From positions 31,694,464-31,758,463 of the forward strand of contig NC_043011.1 in assembly GCF_006345805.1 (NCBI RefSeq): a stretch of DNA of 64,000 nucleotides, in the 5' to 3' direction. The notes beneath the pieces are model-generated. The model ran no database searches. It was not told where the DNA came from and saw only the letters and a list, made by a program, of their open reading frames with translations. Shown here one piece after another: positions 40,724 to 51,892 of the stretch. This stretch comes from Octopus sinensis. Taxonomy: Eukaryota. Position 1 is the first letter of the stretch. The number at the start of each line of letters is the position of its first letter. The position numbers and the translations under genes are program-made.

Positions 40724-42902
40724 GTATTCCTGTCTCTCTGAACTTATCAAACTCTCAGCTAACAATTAACTCATCAACCTTCAAGATTTACTCATATTCT
40801 CGGCCCTCTCAGTAAATAATGTGTGTTTGTGTGTGTGAATGTGTGTGACTGTGTGTACACATACCCATAAAATGGTGTTGGAGCATTTATGAACTGTCCT
40901 AATTACTCATGATTTCACTTTATAGAAGAAGTGTCTGCTATTTGCAAACTCCCATCATCTCATTTTCTTGGTTGTTCGTCTTAGTGTTGCTGGTGATGGT
41001 AGTGGCAGTAGCAGTTTTGTAACTTAACTGTTTTGCTGCCATTGTTTCTTTAAAAGCATAAAACCCTAGGCCGTGCAGGCTTCGTTATTGTTGCTACTGC
41101 CGTCATCGTAACTGGTTTTCCATGCCAGCTTCATGTAGACAACAATTTGAAGTATTTCATCTTAAGACTTCCACCCGTTAGTTTACTTTTACCTTCACTT
41201 TCCTCACAATCACATGTATTTTCTTCATTTCTATACATATCTAGTTCGTTCAGCAGTATTTACATAGTAAAACTTTTGAGTTTCAGGATATTGACCTCGA
41301 CATTTAACCACTTACCTACCCGAAGCATTTTCATAAGTTTCTATTCAAACTTTCACTTAGCCCTTTTTCATGCGATCTAAGTAATATAAAGCTTTCCTTT
41401 CATAAGTCACACATTACCCTGGTGGTTGAAAAAAAAAAATGGTAATATGTATCTTATATATGATTCATGGATGTCAGAGAAATATGTTGTGTGTATCACA
41501 TCTGATAAACAAGACAGGCAAAGGGTTAAACAAAGGCTCACATTCAGGATTCTATTTAACTTTCAGTGACATTACAGTTGTGAGGCAGATGAATATTTGG
41601 ATGGTAAAATTTATTTGAACCTAACTGCCATTAAACTACAATACACACTGTTGGCATATTAAAGCTTTTAGACTATGTTAAGATGTGTATTGAGTGAAAA
41701 TAGTTTTTAAAAAATCAGTTATTTCAAATTACAGTCGCATGCATGGCTGTTTGAGAAGAAGAATAGACCTCAGTATTTTTTTCTTTTTAAATTCTTTTAA
41801 GCCTGTCAAACTGTTAAGTTTCGAGCATATAAAGGCATCAACATTGGTTATCAAGTGGTGGAAGTGGATGGGGGACAAACACCGGCACAAAGACTCACTC
41901 ATATAGATGCTGGTAGAAACGTTAGCGCGCCAGGCGAAATGCTTAGCGGTTTTTCATCTGCTGCTGCGTTCTGAGTTCAAATTCCGCCAAGGTCGACTTT
42001 GCCTTTCATCCTTTCGGGGTCGATTAAATAAGTACCAGTTTCGCACTGGGGTCGATATAATCGACTTAATCCGTTTGTCTGTCCTTGTTTGTCCCCTCTG
42101 TGTTTAGCCCCTTGTGGGTAGTAAAGAAATAGATATATACATATGAACGGTGGGCTTTTTTCAGTTTCCATCTACCAGATTCACTCACAGGCTTTGGTTG
42201 GCCCAAGACTATAGTAGAAGACACTTGTGGCTCTGAACCTGGAACCTGAAAGCAAACTTCTTATCACGTAGCCACTCCTGTGCCTATATTATCATTAGAT
42301 AGTTACAGTGATTTTTACCATATTTTGTTGACATTTCTTCTCCTTGGTGCTATCACAGATGTCATGAAATAAAGAGGTAGGTGCTGAGTGGCTGAGTTGT
42401 TATGGCGTCAGACAAAATACATTGCGTTATTTATTCTGGCAACTTGCGTTCTGAGTTCAAATTCTGCTGAGGTCAACTTTACTTTTCATCCTTCCCAATC
42501 AACAAATACACCAATCTAGGACGAGTAGACTGATAGAAACCTTTAGTGTGTCAAATGGTATAATAATAATAATAATTGTGGTATTCATGCCCTTTATTTT
42601 TCTCAGTTGCATATTCTTCATGGCTTACATGGGTGGCAGACAATTTGCCACCTTGAGTGCCTACCTTTAGCAGAATCCACTCTGTTGCAAGCATTTGGGA
42701 AGTCTTCAGTTTCAAAATGCCTTCTTCTCTGTCTCTCACTCTTGGAGTCTCTGTAGAGAATCAAGGGCACTGACCAGAGTTTAGGGTTTGGACTGATGCT
42801 AATTTATAGAGAGATAACATTACAGCTTTGAGGAAATGACACAAACACACACACACAGCTGGTTTATGCAACCATTCTTCTATTGAAGATGGTACTCATT
42901 AA

Positions 42903-43123
42903 CCCTTTGTTGCCATATTTCTGTTGAGATGCTCTGTGTTTCTTTCAATTAATTTTGAATATAACAAAGAATTTAGTAAAATTTCTTAGTTATCATTAAG
43001 CTAGTGTTAAGAACATAAATTGCGACTAAGGTTTGGTGGAAGATTTCAATTCAGAACTTTTGAAAACAAGACATTTGTACTACAAATCTAGAGGCGGTTT
43101 CAGTTGGGTTGGCATTGAAAGGG
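42903..43123. mobile_element. piggyBac-like MITE (family P1), reverse orientation relative to 14749
   Basis: TTAA|CCCTTTGTTGCC...GCATTGAAAGGG|CTAA; internal sequence is the reverse complement of the 14749 copy. Confidence 0.8.
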
Positions 43124-43180
43124 CTAAGAAGAACATCCAGCTCTTAAAGCTCTTACACCATCAAATCCACACTTGAATGG

Positions 43181-43235
<55 letters not shown>

Positions 43236-43697
43236 ACTAACATGATCTTTTCAAATCTCATGTATTTTTTCCAAATCCCTCTATACATATTTTATTAGAA
43301 CGTTTTAAACTTCTTGCATGTATGATTGAAGAAGAAAAGAAATAAAAATGTAAAGAATTTGTGGCTTTTGTTTGCATGACATCAAATTGGATTCTTGTGA
43401 AAAGTATATTTTCTTGAAGTTGTAATTGTCGCTGTTTGATCTTTTCCTGAATCCAAATGGTTTAGTGAAACTCTGGTGGAATAAATATCACTAAGATTTT
43501 TTTAAACACTGGTTTCTCTCACTAATTATACATTAAACAAAGAATTTGTGGCTTTTGTTTGCATGGCACATTAAAAGTTTTAGACTATATTTAGACATAT
43601 ATTGGTGTTAGGAAGGGCATTCAGCCACAAAACCATATTGAAACAGACACAGCAGCATGGAAAACAGGCATTAAATGATGATGATATGTATGTATAA

Positions 43698-43743
<46 letters not shown>

Positions 43744-44706
43744 TTCTTGATATGGTGTGATAGTTCTAAATGATGTCACTGACAGAAGCAATGTCATTCG
43801 TATCCAATATTCTGCTAAAACAGGTGGGGGGTTTGGAAGGACACCTGGCTGCAGAAAAGTTGTCTCGATAAACTCTATTCAACCCAAGAAAGCATGGAAA
43901 AGTGACCATTAAAAGAATGGTGTGCATATAATATCCATATACATAGAGCTGGCTAAGGCAAGAAGGCACACTCTGAAGCACGTACTTCTCTTTGCATACA
44001 AAATTTATATTTCTAACAGTCTCGCATTTAAAATAGGATATGTGATGTTATCTGGGGAGGGCAGAAAGAGAATCTTAAGGAATGTATACTGATTATATCC
44101 AAACTGGTACAGCTGACAGAGAAACCAGAAACATAGGAATCCAAAGAAAATTTCAATTAATCTTTTACACCTTTTGTGTCAGCAAAATGCTCTGCAATAC
44201 TTGCTTAAATTTCAGAAATTAAATCCATATTTAGAGCAGTAATATATTGAAATGTGAAAATACTCTCGCACAGTCTCTGTTGACCAAATTTTACCCAGGA
44301 AACATTGGTCACCTCGGGGCTCTGCAGTGAGCATGAACGCAAAACCATGTTGTTACAAAGCAAACTTCCTAACCATACAACCATGCTATGCTGTTAAGTA
44401 GCTTGACCCAGACAAATAGCAAACAATAATTATTACTTCATCACACTGTGTATACTGCTGAAAACAGTAGCACATTAGATTGTATTTTATACCTTAGAGT
44501 AATTGAGTTTGGTCTCTTTGTGTTCAAATTTCAGAGGTCAACTTCTGCTTTTTGTTTCTGGATATTTAATTGCAAATGAATACAGTTGGTTTTATTGACT
44601 ATACATGCTACTCTCCAGAAATGTTCTTCATGCCTAGTTGGAAGGAATCATTAAAAGGGTAAATTCTCAATTAATTAATGATGTAATTTTCTTTTTCTCC
44701 AAACAG

Positions 44707-44946
44707 CTAACTAGGATGGAAGAACGTTTAGATGATGCCATATTGGTTCTACGCAACCATGCCGAAGGTCAACCAACTCCCGGTATGATTCCAGGTTTGA
44801 CAGGAGGTCCAAGCAACATAATGCAACCACCGCCACATTCCAATGGGACATCAGCTGGAATACCAGGTGGGCCAAATGCCAATATACCTTCTTACCATGG
44901 CCTCTCGATGGCGGTGGCAGCTGCTGCACACATGGAATCCCATATG
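44707..44946 (+). CDS. TCF12/TCF4 (da): E-protein exon LTRMEERLDDAILVLRNHAEG...HMESHM (AD2 helix), 240 nt, phase 0 to 0
   Basis: ctttttctccaaacag|CTAACT...CATATG|gtgaga; the RLDDAI.VLRNH motif is the E-protein AD2 core. Confidence 0.96.
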
Positions 44947-46411
44947 GTGAGATATAGTTTGCTTTTCATCTTTTATAATAATATTTAGCAAAAAATGTTG
45001 ACTTTGCTGTTTATTACCCAATGTTTGTATTATTAATATTATTATTATTTAATATTTATTTTATTAATTTGTTTGAATATGAGGGAGAACATTGCTGGGA
45101 CGGGGGTTTAAACATTTATTAATGACCATTGTAAATTTGGATATAAATATATATCATGAATCCTAACTCTTTACGGTTATAAATATATTAATTACAAAAC
45201 TTTACAACAATAGATTCATTAAAAGTAATAAGCCTAAAATTTTTGGCCAGATTCATAATTTCCTGTCTTTATATCAGTTACATTTTTTTTTTCCTGTTAA
45301 AAGCAGTTAAAGCTTATACCCTCCCCTTTACTTTTTACATATGGCTTTTATTAATACTTACCAAGTTCTCACAGATGGTTTCTATGCTCTTTTACCAAGC
45401 TAGTTTGTGAATGTTAGAACTTGCCACTATGATGTTTATTTTGTAACTGGCACAGTTAGGAAAATAAATACAGTTCACCAATGGGAACAGTGAGCCAGCT
45501 AGGCATAACAAACAGGAAAATGTCAGTGCTCGAGTAAGTTGGATGAAAGCTATAAAAAATGTGTGTATGATGCTTAATGCTATGTTGACCACATGGCCTC
45601 AAACTCTATATAGTGTTAAATGATTACCAGATGCTTATTTTAGTCAGAAGAATCTTGAATTTTCAATGTGAAGTGTTATTCAATCTTTTTGATGTTTCTG
45701 ACATTGAGTGGTTTGTTCTTTCCATTAAGTAAATTTGTGTGCGTGAATGTATGTGTGTGTGTGTCTGTGTGCACGTATTCATGTGTGTATCTGTGTGCAT
45801 GCATGTGTGTGTCTGTACATGCACTTACATGTGTGTGTTTGCTAATTTTTCTCATTTATGTAACTTTACATTGGGTTAGGTGCTCGCCAAGGCTCTGGTC
45901 TGTAGCCCGTTGCATTTTCATTCTCGTAAAGCATGTGTCTGATTCTCATACAGAATATTAAATTTCTGTCTGTTTATAGTAAACAAAGACAGAAACTCAA
46001 TGCTGTAAAGACAGTGCAACTTTTAAGTGCAGAAAAATGATATATATGTTTAATGCACTGAAAAAATAGACAAATAAAGTGAGGTGGGTGCTTGCACAGA
46101 GCAGAAATATTTTTTAAAAAGCACCAAGCATGGTGTTTAGTGTTTACATGTTTAGCATATTTGGTTGTCAAACATGGAAGTGAGTATTGCAAACTCATTT
46201 CAAGCTGGTGGTATTTTTCCTTCTTTTATTCATGACCATTTAGCAGAAGGTAAATGTTTGGTGATTGCTAAATACTCCCCCACCTCTGTCTCTCTCTCTC
46301 TCTGTTTGTTTTCTTAGTCTACAGCATCCCTCTGTTGTCTGTTGATGATGTTAACAGTTGTGATGGTAATCTCAAAGATGCTGAATGGGATATGCACTGA
46401 AAGTGTCTTAA

Positions 46412-46623
46412 CCCTTTAGCATTCAGATTATTCTGTTAACTATGCTTGTTTGTTCACATTGTTTTGAATTAATCATGCATTTTCTTGTAGCTTTCAAATT
46501 TTGTGATTTGATTGTTTAATTTTAGGATGATGTTTTAGGGTGTGAGAGGCCAGATCTGGCCTGTTTGAACATAAAACATGTAGAATATTTGGGCTGGATA
46601 TGACCAGTTTGAATTCTGAAAGA
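46412..46623. mobile_element. piggyBac-like MITE (family P2), reverse orientation
   Basis: TTAA|CCCTTTAGCATTCAG...GAATTCTGAAAGA|TTAA; further partial copies near 13676, 48595-48820 and 56100-56472. Confidence 0.75.
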
Positions 46624-47547
46624 TTAACTTATTGACAACAAAGCCTCTACACATACATGTCTGTATTTCTGAAATGAGTTATGTATTTATTAGACTGTTG
46701 ACTTGAGTTTTTTTTTAGCCTTCGATCTGTATTGTTTTTCATTCACTATATTTGCTGTCTCTTATCGAGTTACTGTGGTTGAGCTCATAGCTTTATTTGT
46801 AACATATTGTTTCAAAATTTTGTACATTGGAACATGATATTATTCAATTTTTAGTGAGAGATATATACAGATATATATCTTGGTACTAACAGAGGAGTGG
46901 TTTACTGTGCTTGAAAAGACACATCAAGCTGAGTAAAAGCATGGTTGCCCTTACATACAGGTTTGTCCCTTGCAGCCCTCTCCAGGTGAGCATCCCTAAT
47001 CTTACAGGCTCGTAAGTGCTGGTGCCATGTAAAAAGCACTGGTACCGGTGCTGCGTAAAAGCACCCTGTACGTTCTGTAAAGTGGTTGGCTTTAGAAAAA
47101 GCATCCAACCATAGAAACCATGCCAAAACAGATATGGAACCTGAACAGTCTTTCAGCTGGTCTGGTCAGCTTCTGTTAAACCATCCAACCCATGCCAGCA
47201 TGGGAAATGGACATTAAATGATGATGAGGTGTGTGTGTGTGTGTGTGTGTATATAAAATAGTTAATAAATCTTATGGAATCAATGAGAGAGAGAGAGAGA
47301 GACAGAAGATGGAAGGTACAAGAATCTTTATTGATCACTACAATCGTAATAAGTTGTGTGAATCAGTTTATTTTAATGAGGTACCTCTTGAAATCACCTG
47401 AAGAGACATATCTACACCAAAAGATACACCCAAACCAGTTGTGAAGTATCCTACCTGCAAGGGATCGATGCTAAATGGGTCAAACCAATTGTAGTCATCA
47501 ATATTCTTGTTTCTTTCATTTTCCACCTCCCTCATTAAATATATATA

Positions 47548-48580
47548 CAGGGTGCAGTGAATAAATTGCCATCTAAATTACGCAAAAACGAAAACATCGC
47601 TGACATCTCATCTCGATAGCTATATTTACCAAAATTACATAAAAATATCTTGAAATTCTAAAGAGTAAATTTATTCAATAAAATTGCCATTGGCTTCAAC
47701 CACAGCCTCCAGATGACTTTGGAATCTCCTGTAATTCTTCTGGATGGTCTCCTTGTTTTAGTTGGTGAATGCTGCTATAATCCTTGCCTTCAGTTCATCG
47801 TGTTACAAGGAATTTTGTTGGTCTCTTGCTCAACCGTGCCCCGCATATAATAATCAAGGAGGTTGCTGTCTGGGAAATTAGGTGGCCATATGTTAGGGGT
47901 GATGTGGTCATAGAAATTGTCTGGCAGCCATGACTGGGTGCTCCTTCTGGTGTGGCATAGTGTAGAGTCCTGTTACCAGACATAGAGTCTTCCAGCAGCC
48001 ATTTTCTTGACACAGGGCAGCAATACCTCCTCCAGGCAGTTGATGTAGGCCTCTGTGTTGAGTCTGAGGCCATGTGGGAAGATGAATGGAAGCATAACGT
48101 CACTATCACTATTGATCACTCCAAACACCATGATGTTGACTGGATGTTTGATTTTTATCACTCTCGGTATATATTTGGGGGACACGGCAAGCCAACGGTT
48201 GTTCTGTGTGTTCACCATCTGATCCTGGTAGAAAATTTTCTCGTCTGAGAAAAATCAAAGCATGGTTGGAGGGGATGTTTGAGTTTGTTCAAAAGCTTTG
48301 TAACACAGTCTTTCTTCTTGTCCTTGACTTATAAAAATTGGCTCTTTGTCATCTTGTATGAGGAATACCAAATGTCTTCATGCACTACTTGCCTGATAAG
48401 AAACTCAGACACTCCCATGGACCTGATTGACTTGAAGGGATCATTGTCAATCATGGCCTGGATCTCACCAACAAATTCAGGAGTTTTTTCTTCTCAGAAC
48501 GATTAGAGTGAATTTTATGAGCTGCCATACCTTAATAATCACCTTACATTCATCCAACTCTTTCCGAATCCTCTACATTG
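47548..48580 (-). mobile_element. Fossil Tc1/mariner transposon, DD37D (maT-type) transposase pseudogene
   Basis: TA|CAGGGTG terminus at 47548. Minus strand reads ...MVFGVINSDSDVMLPFIFPHGLRLNTEAYI..LE.VLLP...W*QDSTLCHT...WPPNFPDSNLLDYYMRG, with 37 residues between the second and third catalytic D. One in-frame stop and upstream frameshifts; second TIR not seen. Confidence 0.85.
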
Positions 48581-49496
48581 ATGACACCTAGAAACCCTTT
48601 AACATTTAAATTGGTGATATGTGGCTTTAGTGTTCTCCTTGTTTTATGTTCACACTGACTAGCTATGATCTCTCACACTTGCCCTACAATGTCAGTGTCA
48701 TTCTAAAAATAAATAGCCACATCATTGAAATTTCGAAGCTATAACACAGAATTGATTCAAAACAATGTGAATAAATAAGCTTTACATTTGGCAGGGTCAT
48801 TTAAAAGCCAGATGGTTTAACATGAATTTGGCTCAAATGATAAAAGCTTTTGTTGAAATGGTCGCTCAAATGACTGCCTAAGACTTGGAGTATAGTATAA
48901 CTATCAGTGAATATTGTACTGAGCAGTGTGACCATCGAAGCACATTATATCCTGTTTATCAGTTTCTATTGGTTCTCAAATTTAATGTCATTGGGTGCTT
49001 GTTATAAAGCAAAATCTCAAGATGAAATTTTTTTATCCTGTTAGGAATTGTCTGGGTATTATCATAACAAGTTTGTCGCCTTCAAAGCAAATATCTCTCT
49101 GTATTGTTATCCTTTAACCCAGTATGTTGGCTTCTGTCATTTTCTGAAATAGCTACATCTAATACAACACAGTCTTATATTACCAACAGTGGTCCTACAT
49201 ATATATATATGTTTTCCCCCACCCTCTCTCTCTCTCTCATTTTCTCTATCCCATAATAATGATACACTGCTACAACTAATGAACTACCATTATGTAATGT
49301 ATAAATAGAATAATGGGAAATTTCAAACATTTGTGTACATTAGTAGAAAACAAGCTAGCTGTAAAGAAGTGTTTCAGTCTCTAAACCTAGTTAAATTATC
49401 TAAATGGAATTTATTTAATAATTTTCCCCCTCTTTCTCTGCATAGATGCATATGTGCAAATACACAAAGATTCATGTATTTTCTGTTTTATTTCAG

Positions 49497-49569
49497 GGAA
49501 GTCATTCTTCGCTAGAGGGTAGAGGACAAGGTGGTTTATCAGCTGTCCCAGATCAGAAACCATTTGATG
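49497..49569 (+). CDS. TCF12/TCF4 (da): E-protein exon GSHSSLEGRGQGGLSAVPDQKPFD(A), 73 nt, phase 0 to 1 (3' end uncertain)
   Basis: ttctgttttatttcag|GGAAGT...GATG|gtttgt. It supplies the phase 0-to-1 bridge needed between the 44946 and 50632 exons. Low sequence conservation; alternative phase-1 donors follow 49518 and 49530. Confidence 0.65.
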
Positions 49570-50631
49570 GTTTGTATTGTCAGTTTCATTCATTGTTTTC
49601 TTAATTTTAATTTATAGTTATACTTGCCTTTTGCTTTTTTTTTTTTTTTTTTTTTTTCTTGTCTTGCAAGGTACTTAGTGACCCTGTCAGTAATGATGCT
49701 ATGTAAAAAGCACCAATGCTGGTACCTTCTAAAAAGCAATGGTGCTGGTGCCATGTAACATGCACTGATGCTGGTGCTACGTAGCATGCACTAATATTGC
49801 TGGTGCTACATAAAAAGCACCCAGTACACTCTGTAAAATGGTTGGAATTAGAAAGGTCATCTGGCTGTAAAAATCATGCCAAAACAATAATTGGAGCTTG
49901 GTTTGACTCCCAGCCTTGCCAGCTCCTGTCAAATCCACCAACCCATGCCATTATGGAAAACACATTAAATAATGATAATGACGACAATGGCAATTCTTAA
50001 TCTACTCTTCAGCCCTACCCAATCTTTACAGATGTTGCCTACTTCCCATCTCCCATTTCTCCATCTCTTGCTCCTCTGTTCACTCTTTGCAAGCCCCTCC
50101 TAGTTTTTTTTTTTTTTTTTCCCCCATTCACTTCTGCTCGCCTCGTACCTTGAGGAACCACCTGGACTCCTCATCACCACTATTTATATTTATGTCTTTG
50201 CAACTCCAAAGCTCCACCTGAACATTCTTATTTGCCATTACTCCTCTACAACAAGAACCTGCTCTTGTACCTTACCCACTTCCCCTCAGGTTTTGTGAGC
50301 TGCATTCTGACCTTATTTGTGCTGGTGGCACAGAAAATAAGCACCTAGTACATGATGTAAAGTGGTTGGCTTAAGGAAGGGCATCCAGCTTTAGACACCA
50401 TTCCAAAGCACACTGGAATACATTGCAGTTCTTGGACCCAAGAGACCCTGTCAAACCATTCAACCCATACTAGCATTAAATGAAGATGATGAATTCTGTA
50501 CTTTGTTTCTTTTTTTTTTCTGTTTTTCTTTTTTTGAACAAGTGTTTTAATCATTTAACATTATTTTATTTTTTTAATTATGGTCTGTCTTAATTTTTTT
50601 TCGGTTTTTCTCCCCGCAACTTTTTCTCTAG

Positions 50632-50788
50632 CATCATCTGGTAATCAGTCCTCAGAGGGGCCAACGATTAAAGTTGAAAAATCTGACAAAATGCAGTCCG
50701 ACACAGAAGCTTCAAAAAGTGATAGCATTACATTGGAAAAAAATAGCTCACCTGGGAACTCAAGTGCACCCCCTTCAAAACGAGCTAG
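50632..50788 (+). CDS. TCF12/TCF4 (da): E-protein exon (A)SSGNQSSEGPTIKVEKSDK...PPSKRA(R), 157 nt, phase 1 to 2
   Basis: tttttctctag|CATCA...GCTAG|gtaagt; IKVEK resembles a psi-K-x-E SUMO consensus and PPSKRAR is NLS-like (both inference). Confidence 0.9.
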
Positions 50789-51724
50789 GTAAGTTCAAGA
50801 TAGCTTATTAATAATTTCAAAGATGTAATTGCTAGGCAAGTGATTTGATTTAGGACTGTGACTTGAAACTAAAACAATTACAGACTTACAAAGTTTGGCA
50901 CAAGGCCAGCAATTTCAGGGAGCAGTTAAGTCTATTACATTGACCCCAGTGCTCAACTGGCACTTATTTTTATTAACCCTGAAAGGATGAAAGACAAAGT
51001 CAACCCTGGTTGAATTTGAACTCAGAACATAAGACAGATGAAATGCTGCTAAGCATTTTGCCCAGTGTGCTTGAAGCTGTTGTTAACTTAGGCATTTTAT
51101 TATAACATGTCAAAAGTTTTGTCCAACTGCAACTGGTTTGAGGCAAGGTTGTTGGTCAGCATATATATCTCTAAGTTTTAGGGTTATAAATTTTATAGTT
51201 GGTCAGTTAACTTGGTATTTGGTTGTAATTCACAATGTCAAAGGAGTCCCCACTGAAAGAAAGAGGGAAGAGAGGATGTGTGGAATACAACCGAGTATTG
51301 AGTTAACTGATAAACTATAAGCACCGGGCATTGACAAATCAGAACAACTGACCTACATGACTGGAAACTATATATTCTGACCAACAACCTTATCTCAAAC
51401 CAGTTGCAGTGGAACTATGTTAATGACCAGATCACAATTGGTCCTATGAAAATTTTGATTCCAAATATTAAATGTTTAAATGAAGTTAACAATGTTTGTG
51501 TGTCTTTTGAATGGCTTGATATGTGTCTTCAAATAAATTAATTGCTACTTATTTCCCAATACTGAACAGTTTCTTTTACCTCCTGTGTCATAACCTTAAG
51601 ATTTTAAATAGAAAAATTAAGTAACATTATGTAAATGTATCATATATAATTTATCTAAAAGAAGAAAGAAATTTTGTTTAATTTCTGTTTAATTTAATCT
51701 GAATATATTTTTATATATTTTCAG

Positions 51725-51754
51725 AAACAAGTTGTTTCCGGAAAATCCTGATGT
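51725..51754 (+). CDS. TCF12/TCF4 (da): Candidate 30-nt micro-exon (R)NKLFPENPD(V), phase 2-2
   Basis: tttttatatattttcag|AAACAAGTTGTTTCCGGAAAATCCTGATGT|gtacgt; open and frame-preserving between two phase-2 junctions. Confidence 0.5.
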
Positions 51755-51854
51755 GTACGTTTCTTATTTTTCCTAACTTTTTTTTTCTGCAGTTCTTTCA
51801 AATCTGTGCCATACACAAATTTACTGAGTGCTCATTCCTTTTGTTTATAAACAT

Positions 51855-51892
<38 letters not shown>

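Noticed and set aside
46325-46345. Acceptor-like ttcttagtctacag followed by CATCCCTCTGTT
   Set aside because: The phase-0 frame hits TGA after 6 codons and there is no convincing donor
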